Below, in pieces: positions 51,981 to 64,000 of a stretch of 64,000 nucleotides of DNA. This DNA comes from Podarcis bocagei (taxonomy: Eukaryota), in the NCBI GenBank assembly GCA_964188305.1, contig OZ076889.1. One strand, 5' to 3'. The notes beneath the pieces are model-generated. The model did no database searches and was not told the DNA's origin. It saw only the letters and a list, made by a program, of their open reading frames with translations. Every line of letters begins with the position of its first letter. Position 1 is the first letter of the stretch. Made by a program: the position numbers and the translations under genes.

Positions 51981-52334
51981 CAGTGGTACCTCGCAAGACG
52001 AATGCCTCGCAAGACGGAAAACTCGCAAGACGAAAGGGTTTTTGGTTTTTTGAGTTGCTTCGCAAGACGATTTTCCCTATGGGCTTGCTTCGCAAGATGG
52101 AAACGTCTTGCAAGTTTGTTTCCTTTTTCTTAAAACCGTTAATACAGTTGCGACTTGACTCCAAGGAGCAACTCATAGCACGCGGTGTGGTAGCCTTTTT
52201 TGAGGTTTTTGAAGACTTTGGTGATTTTTGAAGCTTTTCCAAAACTTTTCCGACACCGTGCTTCGCAAGACGAAAAAATCGCAAGACGAAAAAACTCGCG
52301 GAACAAATTAATTTCGTCTTGCGAGCCACCACTG
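51981..52334. mobile_element. Tc1/mariner/pogo-type MITE, 354 bp
   Basis: TA|CAGTGGTACCTCGCAAGACGAA ... TTCGTCTTGCGAGCCACCACTG|TA. Confidence 0.9.
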
Positions 52335-53625
52335 TATATCTGCTACTATCAAGGAATGTTCATGAATATTTTCATGCTTGGCACATGGTAAAGTACTCTT
52401 TGTTCCATGGCAAGGTAGCTCACAACACATGGGAAAAGATAGCAAAGCAACAGAGGCCCATATGCAAATGGAAGGAGCATGGAGGCAATGTGGAAGTAGA
52501 ATGGTGTGCAAGGACTTGGCCATGTAAATATGCAGACAAAGCTTTAGCTCAGGTTCCATTATTTTTAGATCCGTAGCCCACCCATTCAGAAAGGTTCATT
52601 TCATTTTGATCTCTATTTGGTTGGCATGTGAAATCCTGCGCAAATTAACCAGTATGTATCTGCTTTCTCTTCCTGGGTCTCAATTGCCAAATGGCCCAAT
52701 TGCCAAACCAACAAGAGAAATGTCAGCTGGTTTTTTCCAGCTGTAGCCACTAGGACTAAATTGGCTTGTATTGAAGTGTTTCCTCAAGTTTATCCCGTTT
52801 ATAAAACCACATAACGTCTCATTCATGCAGGGTTTCAGATATCTTGAGAGTTTGCTATAAGCACTGATAGAATGGTTAAGTGGGGCATTTGACTAATTAG
52901 AAGCCTTATATCACTGTGTCATGTATTTTAAGAAATCCAGCAAACACATCGGTTATGGTTTAAATATATTTTTTATTTCTTGTCCCACCCCTACCCCCCA
53001 AAAAGAGGACACCATTACAGTCTAACAATCAAAACGTTATTACATACACACAGGCACACCACAGAACACTTTGAGGCAGTTGTGTCCTTTGCTCTGTCAA
53101 CTCCTTGCAAATGCCTAAACAGTACCCTACAAGCAATGGGCTTCCTCCTTCCATATACTTCTTCAGCAGGTAACAAACACATAAAGACACATTTTGTTTA
53201 AACAAGGTATTTGTTCTAGGGTATAAGTGATGCGGAAAAGGTTGGTGGGCAGACTTACATCTAGTTAAACCCTCTATTGTAAGGCATACAATAAGGATCC
53301 TTGCTTAAAAACCATGCCCCCACTTCCCCGTCAGCAGAACAGAACAGAGAGAATGACCAGAAATGAATTTGCCTCTCTAGCATGTGCATTCAAAATGCAA
53401 AGGTTCCCCCTCCCACCTTTGGAAGTGGCATTATAACAGCAGAGAAGGGGATAAGTGTGTTTATGTGTCTAAAGTAAAATAAATGCTTTAATACATTTTA
53501 ATACATTTTTAATGGGTTTTTAAGACTTAAACCAAAACAGCACTTTTTGGTTTGAAAAGCCTTCGGAAAAGAAACAAAAGGTAGCTACCCTAATACGGTT
53601 TTGACAAAATGCTGGTGGTAGGGAA

Positions 53626-53792
53626 AGGGCTGTAGCTCAGTGGTACAGCCTCTGCTTTGCACACAGAAGGCCCTCTGTTAATCCTCAGCAGCTCCAGGTA
53701 GGGCCGGGAGAAACCCCCACCTGAAATCCCGGAAAGCCGTCAGTGTAAACTATACTGAGCAAGGTGGACCCAATGGCCTGGCTTGGTGTAAG
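53626..53792 (+). mobile_element. tRNA-derived squamate SINE (Squam3-like)
   Basis: GGGCTGTAGCTCAGTGGTACAGC head; CTCCAGGTAGGGCCGGG body; GGACCCAATGGCCTG LINE-derived tail. Confidence 0.72.
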
Positions 53793-56700
53793 AATGTGAG
53801 AATTTGAGAATGTAGCAAAGATTTTCCATGGGAAAGGTGGCTGGATCCATATTCTCTATGGTTCTATGCTGCAGAAATGTCCTTAGCTCCATTGACAGGT
53901 TACGGAAATCAGCGGTGGCTGCTTTCTACATTTTGTTTTGTTTTAAGCATTCAAATGACTCATTTTTGTGACCAAAATCACAATGTTCTTCTGTGACTGA
54001 TGCAGGAATCTGCAGAGAGATTCCTGGTTTCACAGTGTGCTTTTGTCTGGAAGCATGATTAAAACATGGGTACAAATGGAGGAGGCCTAACTTTTCAGCA
54101 TTTGGGTTTATGTATGTTCCATGTTCGTGTAGAAGTGGAATTCCAGCAGGTATAGTTTATTGTCATGTCACAGTGCTGAAGGGGTTTAAAAACCTACACT
54201 TGTTGAAATTTCCCCACCTATGTACTTGCTGAAGGTATAGATGACCTCATGTTGAAAGGTTGGCCATGTATTGTATTGTTGTGTTGTGTTGTATTTCGTG
54301 TTTGTGACTCTCATCCTGAAAATTACTTATATTGAGAACAAAGGAACAAAACTGCAACTTGCCAAAAGGCCCTTAGCTTGGTAAAATACAGTATTTATCA
54401 AATCAAGCCCTTAGTATGCTTTAAAATAGCCTGCAATTTTAAAACCACCATACATATATTTGTAGCATTTAATCTGCAGCCATCTATGTGTAGTAGGACA
54501 TTAACTATGGTGGCCTGAATCAATTTGTGTCTTTTCTTTGATGTATATGTTCCTTAGAGAATAGTGAAGCCAAATCATGTGAAAGTGGGCGAGGGACGTA
54601 TGAAAGACAGGTGCACAAATCTATAATAAATACAGTGTGAAGATGGATAATGCAGAAGTGAAGCAACATGAGTAGAAAGCAGGGCTGATTATAAGGAAAT
54701 ATCATACCACTCAAATGCTACTTGACAGTTCAAATTAGGCTATAATAGGAAAAGACTAGGAATGTGGTTGTTAGGAGAATAAACTATATTTTCATCATAA
54801 GGAAGAACAACTGAGGAAGGAGTTAAAATGCAGTTGGGAGACCTGGAGCCACAATCCAAATGTGGAAAGTAGTGCCATTTCCCTAGTAAATTCAGGAAAA
54901 GGGCCTAGACTAGAATACCCTTTTGAGTCCTCTGGGTACCTTCTCCACCTTTCTTTGGCCTTGCCTCCTGGTCAGGCATCCCTCTACCCCCTTTAACATT
55001 AATGAATCTGAAACATCCATTCCAACTGGCATCCGAAATGCAGTATATTGCTAAGGAAGTTTGTTTCCTTGCACTTCAAGATGGAAGTGTGCATCCCCAA
55101 CACTGTCAAAGACATATGCAGTGTCAGAAGTGCGTACTGTTAGTTCCAGATCAGAGACGAAGTGTGAAAATGTGTTTTGATGTGGACGTCCATACAGCAA
55201 GGATAGGAAACTTGTGGCTCTGCAGCTGTTGGGTTCCCAACTCCCACCAGCCTCAGAGAACATGGCCATTGAATAGATATAATGAGAGTTGGAGTCCAAC
55301 AGCATCTCGGAGGCCATAGGTGTCCTCACCATACAGGACACAAAGCTAACAAGGGAGCTGGGTTGGGGCTGTTGTTTTTAATGACAATGGTGGTTCTGAA
55401 TCTCTGAATGCTTTATCCAAAAGCATGTTACATGCAGCTACATGTTTGCACATGGTACAGCAATTGTGATGATAATCGCATATCACAAAAGGTGCTGTAA
55501 TGTCAACACTATGGACACTCTGGGCACGTTCCTCTAGCATAACCGTTTCAATTAGGTGTGTAAGATTTCCCTGCAAAATTAGTAGCTGGAGATTTGCCAT
55601 GTGCAATCCACCTTAGACTGTTAAAAGGATAAGGAACCAGATATTTTTGAACTCTAATTCCCATCATCCTGCAATCAGCATGACCAGTGGCTAGGGATGA
55701 TGGGTGTTGTTGTCCAACAATGTCCAATGTGCCCCATTTCCCATCTCTAGTCTATTATTTACATTAAGATTTATTTCTTAGTTTCAGTGAGATGTCACTT
55801 TAAAAATAGTAAAAGGGGCGATACGAAAAATTATGTGGATAATATTTTTTAAATATACATATCATGACCATGACCAATTTTGAGGATAAAATTCAGTTCA
55901 AAATGGAGGCCTGGATAATGTAAAGTGAGAACTAAAATAAAAAAAAATAAAATAAATCACCTTCTCTTAAAAACAAAGAAAGAAGAGGACTGAAAAACAA
56001 GATGGAAGCATGCATCATGTCACTAGCAAAAACCAGTCAGTTATTCCAGCAAATGGGAAAGGGCTGTGTGTGTGTTTTATTGCTCTGGCTTTACTTTGTA
56101 TTCTATCAATTCATTCTTGAGCTATGCATGAGCTGAAATGAGCACAATCCATTTCTCTTGGATCTGTCCTGAAATGAATGGGTATTACGCTTTAAGTAAT
56201 CAAAAGAATGGTATCCTAGCCACCTGCTCTAGCTTTTTTGTGTCCTACAAATCAGTGCTGAAATCAGCAATTGGATATTGGCTGGTTGCCCACAGTACGT
56301 AAGATTCACCCTTCTGTAAGAATTTAGGAACTGCCAGAAAATAAGAGTGAAAGGGGACACTACATTTTTCCATTTAGTGCATCTGGCTGCAAATTAACAT
56401 GATTTTGTTTCTAAGGGGGGTGGGGGATGAAACAAATGACCATACAGAGCAGTTGTCATGGTTTATGTGACATTATGGTCAAATAAAGATTGCTCTTTTC
56501 AGAAGGCTTCTTATGAGCTCTCTGACAAGGTTACCAAACTTTCTCTTCAGTGTATAACCACAGGTGGGGATTATTGGATATAGTCTAGAATTTACTCTTA
56601 GTTTGCATAGGTTGACTGGCCCAACAGGCTTCTCTGGCATCCATTGTGGGCCCTAGAATGTGTTCCAGAATCTTCTGCAACACTCACGGGTTCTGCATCA

Positions 56701-57369
56701 AACAAATCAATACAGAAAAGGTTTTCTGAGGTAGGAACTTTGAACTCCGTTGGATTATTAAAAAGCATCACCAATTGTATATTTTGAAATAAAGATGTAT
56801 GGATATAACAAAACCACATGTTTAAATTTAGTTATCCTACTGTGTATCCTCACAGTAAACATGGCCCCTTACTGTGTCAATAGAACCAATGTTTCCATTA
56901 TATGTAGAACATCAATAGAACTGAGGTTTCCATTATATGTAGTTTGGCCTCTCAAACTAAACTTTTCTTCCTATTATTTAAATTGGGGCTTACTCATGTC
57001 TCTGAAATCGCACAGCAAAGACATCAATGAAACACCGTGGAGACCTATTTTCCCCCCTTTAATGTTTGAGATGGCCTTGACCATCCATTCCAAACAGAAA
57101 CAAGTTTCTCTCAGTTAAATGAGACTTATTTTCTAGTTAGTGTGTTTAGGCATCTGACTTCAGTTTCTTCTTTACTGCCTAGTCAGGAAGGGTCTACAGC
57201 TGCTAGCAGTACACAAAAACAAAACTCATTTAAATGTGACTAGGAAAATAAATCTCTGTTATGATGTTATGATTGCAATCGAGCGCTTTAGCCTTCCTTA
57301 CTTTTCTTTTTGCTTTTAAGTGCAACTGACTAATTACATTATTACTAAACAAATCAAATGAATGTCAAG

Positions 57370-60300
57370 GTGTCCCTTCCCTATGCCATTTATTGCAAAT
57401 ATCCCAGAGTATTCTCTGCCAGTGAAATTCTACCTCATTCCCATTGACTTCCAGTGGTGGGCAAGAGTTCCCCCATGGTTTGTAGCTCAGTGATAGGCTT
57501 GGCTATGGTTTTCTCCAGAGCACAGGCCTTGGCTCACTTTGCCTCCTCAGTGCCCCTCAAAACACTTGGGGACTTTGACCAAAAAATATTGCTTAAATAT
57601 ATTTATATTATATAATTGTACGTATGTAACAGTATTTACAAGAGAACAGGTCTAAAAGAGGAAGTGAGTTACAAATGGCCACTCTCACTTTTCCAACTTG
57701 TCATCCACACGGTGCCGTGCGGGAGTACCGCAATATGGCCGTGCCATTGTTAAAAACGGTCACATCCCAAAGACTGGCTTTAATTCTGTTATATAGCCAA
57801 GCCAGTGGCAATCAAGTCCTTTTTCCTTGACCAAAAGGCAGCAGTTAGTTGCAGAGTATGTTTCACAAATTATGCTAAGGTATATCTTTCTTTCTTTCTT
57901 AAGAAAAACAAAACAGCAGTTCTATCAAGTTCGTAAATTTCTTTAGGACATGCAAATTTGTATCAACAGACTCATACATACAACGACAAAATACCCATCC
58001 AAATCAAACAGTTCTAAAACATGTGTTTTTAAGGTAACAACATTGTTTGTTTTGTCCCTGAGTCCATGCTGTAAATTTTCCTTATACAAATAAAAAAGAA
58101 GTTAGAACTCAACTGATCCCAGGGGTAGCCAAGCCAACACAGTGCTTTCCAGATGTTTTGGCCCACAACTCCCATGAACTGGAGTCACTATGGCCAATGG
58201 ACAGGAATCATGGGAGCTGCAATCCTGCAACATCTGGAGAGCACTACATTGGCTGCCCCTGGCCTATCCCATAAACAATGCCATTGCAACACTCTCCCAG
58301 CCATTTATTCAGGAGCAATACAGCTAGTCACAACTTTTAAATGGTTGAAGTTTTAAAAAAATGCTTGCATCCTCTCATTGTTGTAACATATTTACAAATG
58401 TGAATGCACACCCACATACACAAACACACACAGAAGTTATTATTTTAAGCACCTTTCCTTCGGCTTAACACAGGAGAGCACTATGTAGTTGGTATTTTTG
58501 AACACCATTCTTGGGACTGATCACTGAATTGCCAGGATGAGAATGTTAAGATGGCTTTCCTGAACTGCTAGTGACAGCAAAAACAATGAAGACATTATAC
58601 AGGTGTTTTAAATTACAGTGTTTATAGGATGTGGACAAAGAGCAGGTTAACATATTATCATTAGACTTTGGAATTTGCTCTGCAGTAAGGAGGTTTTTGT
58701 GTTTACCATAAGAACTCGAGATCCTGTTTTATTCTCAGAACATGGCTATGAGGCTCCCGTTTCACAGATGGGAACTAGATCCAGGTGATCTGAGAGAGAA
58801 AAAATAGCTTGAATTTCTGTTATATGAATTCAGCTATCGCACACTCAACCATTGAACCTTTTCTCCTTCCCAAAATTTGTACTGTTCTACGAGCTTAAGA
58901 AATTGGTTACATTTCTGCACCTTTGAGAGATTACCCCCTTAGCTTTTTCCCCCTTCTCTTGCATCGTAAGAACTGTCTTGTTGGATCTAACCAAGAGTCC
59001 TTCTAATCCACCAATCTGTCTCTGGTGTTAGCCAGGAAAATCCCTCGGGGAAGCTCACTGGCAGGACATGATTCAATAGCCCTGTTTGCCTTTAGCATCA
59101 CAGGAACATGATGAAACTCTAGTGCTCCACTTGTCAGCATATTAAAAACATTAAAAACCTGTTCTAGCATTTTTAAAAACTAAGCCTGAGGCATAGATGG
59201 TGTCACGAATCTGGTCAATATAAACTACACAGGGCATATTTTGAGCTCAGGCTGAGCTCGCAATAGTCTTCAGAGTGGAAGCAATAATATTATGGGATAA
59301 GTACTTGTTGTTAGGGCTGACACTGCCATTAGGCAGAGTGAGGCGGCTGCTTCAAGCAGCTGATTTCAGGTATCATTAAAGGGCAACAACTTGTGAGCTG
59401 TTAAAGTATTTATCATCATCATCATCATTTTACACTCATTGTGAAAGGAATGCCACTACCCTGGGAGCCTTTTCGAAGGCCAAGTGCTCAAGTATAATTG
59501 AAAAATGGTGGGAAGACCTGCAAAATTGTGCCAGTACAATACTTCTTTTTCCTGTTAACCTCTGTCTGCATTTCTTTGTGTGCGCTGCTAAGGCACCAAA
59601 CCAGCAGAAACAATCGAAAGGTGCAAGTGCTCACATAATAAAGTCACCCAGTTATACAGTATCACCAGAGGACGGTATCACGCAACTTACTGTAGCATGT
59701 TTAAGGTTGTAGTCAAAGATACGATGCTAATTTTAATGGGGCGCGAAGTAGGAAGCCAGGCCCCATTGCTCAGAGTGAAACACTGCCATAATTTTTGACC
59801 CCCATAGGAGGGCAACATCTCTAGAAGGAATCTAACACTGGGACTACCCCCCTTCCCCGAGCACACCTGCAAGAATATCCCACTGAAGCCAATATAATTT
59901 TTTCTAAGTGTGTTGGTTTTAGGCAGGGATGGGAAAACTGTGGCCCTCCAGATGTTGTAAGACTCAAACTTCCATCAACTCTAGCCAACATAGCCAGTGC
60001 TCAGGGATTATGAGAGCTGCAGACCAACAACACTGGTTCCCCATCTCTGTGTTAAGGTGTCAGAACCTCTTGGACATGTTGCAGAGATGGGGACAGAAAG
60101 CGGCATTGGAGGAAAAGGTAAGTAAGTGACCTAATCCAGTTTTTACTTAGAAAAATGGACTTTCTAACGTTCCTTTGGAGACATGAAACAGTTTGAATTC
60201 TTAAGGGCATGGGGAAAGAAGGAAGGAGAGGCTCCAAACTCATCTACTCTTTGAAGCCACTGTTTGGAATACAGGTGTTTTCAGAAGTCTCTCTTTCTTT

Positions 60301-63300
60301 GCAAAAGTTCAATTACCATGTAAATCATGATTCACTGACAATGAAGCATAGATGGTGGGAATAAATTTCACCTACAGCTTGTAAGACTAAGTGGTAGTAA
60401 GAGGTGATGTCCACATTTTAAATGGATCGGGTCTTCCAGCCCTTTCAGAGCTTTGAGGTGTAGTTTCCCCATCACAACCAGACATCATTGTGTGTCACAG
60501 GGCTGTAGAGCTGCAGACTTAAAGGGACAGAGGCCCTATTCTGGTGAGATGCCCCCTCCCAAAATTGATTTCTGCAGCAACGAAAATAAAGAGTACCCAG
60601 TGAATCAAAACAGAAATTGCTAACATCACTCTCTTTCTCATAAATGACATTTAAAAAGCAGAGATATTCAGTGTTTGTGATTTTTTTAGGGTGGGGAGGG
60701 GGATGTCAAAAGTCTTATTTCCAAAAAATTGAATATTAAGCTATATAGACTCATCAACATAATGAAATCCACCCCAAAATTAACTCCTAATGTTCCAGAT
60801 TAAATTATCACATTCAAGATGCAGCTTTCAATATCTTTGAATTGTCAGATTCAAAGCGGATCTGGGCATTTGTGTGATAATTCCCACATGCAAAACTCAT
60901 TGCATTTGCACTCCCTGCCCCCCACCCCCCAATGTGTTTCAGCTCTTCAAATAAACCACCTTGCTTTGTTCAAGAGCTGCTATAGTGGTAAAAGGCATTT
61001 AATGTGACATGACAGAGGCAAAAAGATGTAAACACAAGATTAGAGAAAGTGTTAATCTCCCTATTTTAATCAGACACAAATGAAACCGACATAATCTGTG
61101 GCCACCACCATACAGGTACATAGGACTCACTCTCAGGCCTGCCAGCTCTATCGCCTTCCTGGTCAGTTAAAGGAGAAATGGAAGAATCAGTCATAAATTG
61201 AATTGCTCTGCTTTCAGTTCCAGGTCAAGTGCATTTGCCCCAGAACTAAAATTAAATCAATTAGCTTTGACATTCTCTATCTGATAGGTCGGCCCCACGG
61301 CTTTCTGCGGAAGTGTTAGCACTCACACATAAAACGAAATTTGGGCAACTGTCTAGTGTTATCTTCAGAAATGAAGAACCAGGATTTTGGCATGTCTTTC
61401 TCAACTGCTACTCCTGGAGGTAACATGCAGCTGGTGACAAGGGATGCCAGCAACCAAGTTTTGAGGTTCTGCCCTTGTTAAGGTGCTTGCCAAGTCCTCT
61501 GTACCAATAACTGGCTGAAACTGATGCCTCTTCAGCAGCAGTTAAAAGGCACATAGGCTGATCCTATAAGGGGGGTTTGCCATCAATTTCATAAGGACAA
61601 GGTGATGAACACCAGCTCTTCAAGAGTCATGAAGACAGCAAATAGGCAAATGCAGGTGGGAATGGCAGAAGAACAGGAAGAAGTCAACATTTTAGGGTGA
61701 GATCTGGTCTTTATTTACCTTCTTCGCCAGCAGGTCAAATGTATAGTAAATGTAAGTTTCCAACATCTGTTTGGATGAGTAGTTTAAATTTTGGAAAAAC
61801 ATTTAGGGTGACTTTTCCCCCCCCTTCTCATCTGACAGCAGTGGAACAGGCAGACATTCAATAGGGGCAACTTTCCCAACATTGACATGGCTAACAAAGC
61901 TGGATTTCTACTATGCTGTTCTGCCAAGGTATAGTGCCAGTATCGGGTAGGTGAAAGACAATTTTAGTCTGATTTGAGCTCAGATGGAAATCTTCCATTC
62001 AGTTGTGTCATGTGAATATAAAGCTATTGACTTTCGAAACACAGCCCAGGACCCCCAGGACCACACAGCTAATTCCCTTAGCCAAGAGGCTTTAGGCTTG
62101 TATTTCTTCAATAGCAGCCCCCTTCTCCAAATTTCACATGGTAAGCCATTTTTGAAACACATGCAGAATGTGATATTATACAGTATAAGGGGTGGGTGGT
62201 TCTAAAACCTAGGGTTGCTCAACAACTTTTCACTTTTTGAAGTATGGCAACCCTATAAAACCACAGCACTGAAATGCTACCTTTTTCCCTTTCAGCTGAG
62301 TTTCAGTACATAATTTACTTTCCTATTCTAAACATGTATCAAGCTTATTTTTAAAAATGTATATATAGACAGTACCAAATGATCATTATGAGGTTTTATA
62401 TAGGAAATTCCTAAGCTCAGTACAGATTAAATATGACAGAAAATTGCAAATCTCAACCTGACTGAGCAAGTGTTTCAAGAATCAATGGTCATTGTGACCA
62501 TAATCAGGATGTGAACACTGTGATTAACTTGATAGAAGGGGTGGGTAGGGAAAGGAATAAGAATACAGTATAAATGTTTAAAAAATTACAGTTTTGTTGC
62601 AGGTATTTCATATGGGATTGTTTTTAACAGGACAATGCTTGTCTAAAATAATTAGAGTGAAACCCAGTTATTCCTGAAATGGTCTTGATCAGAGGAGACC
62701 TCCTCCATGCGTCTGGCTACAGAATCAAAGCTATTTGTTCTCATAATCTAATGACTATGTTTACTGGGTGCTCTAGATTCTAAAAGACTTTCTTCAAAGT
62801 GTGGGTACTCATGCTGTTCTCTAGAGGGTATTCATTCTACTCTCCAGGGTCCAGACCTCCATGTCTTTGGCTTACACCTGGTCAACAACTTCAGATCCCT
62901 TCTTCACTGACACGCAGCCTGAACCTATTTATCCACTGAATTCAGTGGTGCTTACTCTCGAGAAAGTGTGCATAGGACACTTTATTTTACCTTCTGTCTT
63001 TGACCCACTTACTTCATCCCTCCAGCCTCATTCAATCTCTTATCTAACATCCTTCATTACTTCCTCCAACATACTTTATCACCTCTAAAATTATGTGTAA
63101 GCCCCTTTCTTTGCTGAGGTCCTTGGCATTAGCATCAACACCAGAATAAGATAACATGAATGAATATGAAGTGCTCTACTGTTGGCAAGGATCGAAAAAT
63201 GATGTTTTCCCACTAAACATAATATTAAGGCATGATCCTGCCATCCCACTGAAATCAATGGAAGAAATGTGACTATTTACATATCTGTTTCCCATTGAAA

Positions 63301-64000
63301 CCAATTGTCACAGACTTATCTGGTTGGTGCCCTTAGAACTCAACCTGATAAAAGTCCTCAGAACAAGAGTCTCTGCCAAACATCTGTTTTTATTTTATTC
63401 AGATTACTTTTAATAATTTCTTTCCTTAGGACAAGGAAATATTTTCATTGGAGGAAGTTTGCCATGATCAGCCTCAGGATAAAATGCATGGGGTAAAGAT
63501 GCAAATTTAGGATTTTAAAATTTGTTGTTGTTGTTTTCCTTTTTAGAAGTTATTTTATTTTACACTTACACACACAAACTGATGTCCTTCCAAAAAGTAC
63601 CACATCCAACTGTGCTCTGTACACATGGGTTTAAACACTTGCTCATGAAGTTATGGAGCCATGAATGATATGGCAAGAAAAACTAGGATAGCTTTTATGC
63701 AAATAATCAGAGGGATTTCAAAAAGGCCATGTGTGATTAAGAGCAACGTTAATACAAGCTTGACCTTTCAATAACTGTGAACCTCTGCAGCACCCATAAA
63801 CCACTGCTGGCAGTTACAGCTGCTCAAAATGAAACTTTCAAAGGGTCCATTTCACATCACATGACACTACTGAACTGAAGATTCAGACACAATCCATCTT
63901 CTAATTGAAGTCAATGGCAAAACTCCCATAGATTTTCATGGGTTTTACAGCCCCAGTAAAATTAAGGATATGCCAGAATGCCTCATGACTAGCCACCACA
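57370..64000 (-). other. Probable long 3' UTR of a convergent gene (TP53INP2 by synteny)
   Basis: Minus-strand AATAAA (57389-57394) with downstream GU-rich tract, TGTAAATA elements at ~57633 and ~58390; no coding exon seen; identity inferred only from the mammalian order TP53INP2-NCOA6-GGT7. Confidence 0.35.

Noticed and set aside
51990-52330. CRISPR-like repeated CGCAAGACGAA units
   Set aside because: 11-nt units with 5-nt or irregular spacers, both orientations, inside TIRs, eukaryotic context, no cas genes
53626-53700. tRNA-like sequence GGGCTGTAGCTCAGTGG
   Set aside because: B box degenerate, no cloverleaf, continues into a SINE body

Overview
Vertebrate genomic DNA, most likely a lacertid lizard (inferred from a Sauria SINE with TACCTT tail and squamate-type SINEs/MITEs). 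Genes on the + strand: the last three coding exons of GGT7 (331-2906) and the complete NCOA6 gene. NCOA6 has a CpG-island promoter at ~11.8-12.8 kb and 13 coding exons from 24834 to 49981 that splice in frame to 6108 nt / 2035 aa, with both LxxLL motifs, one GC-AG intron and AATAAA at 50545. The distal ~6.6 kb is probably the 3' UTR of a convergent minus-strand gene (TP53INP2 by synteny; no CDS seen). Introns are full of SINEs, TA-flanked and hAT-type MITEs and microsatellites. I found no clearly new gene system. The best leads are two inverted Penelope-like footprints built from hammerhead-ribozyme parts (a ~70-bp fold-back at 18.7 kb and an old pair at 39.7 kb), candidate unannotated terminal/poison exons in the 9.3-kb NCOA6 intron, a GC-donor exon that may be recursively spliced, and a TPRT insertion with a 17-bp TSD. 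All assignments come from reading the sequence and recalled homology; no database searches were run.
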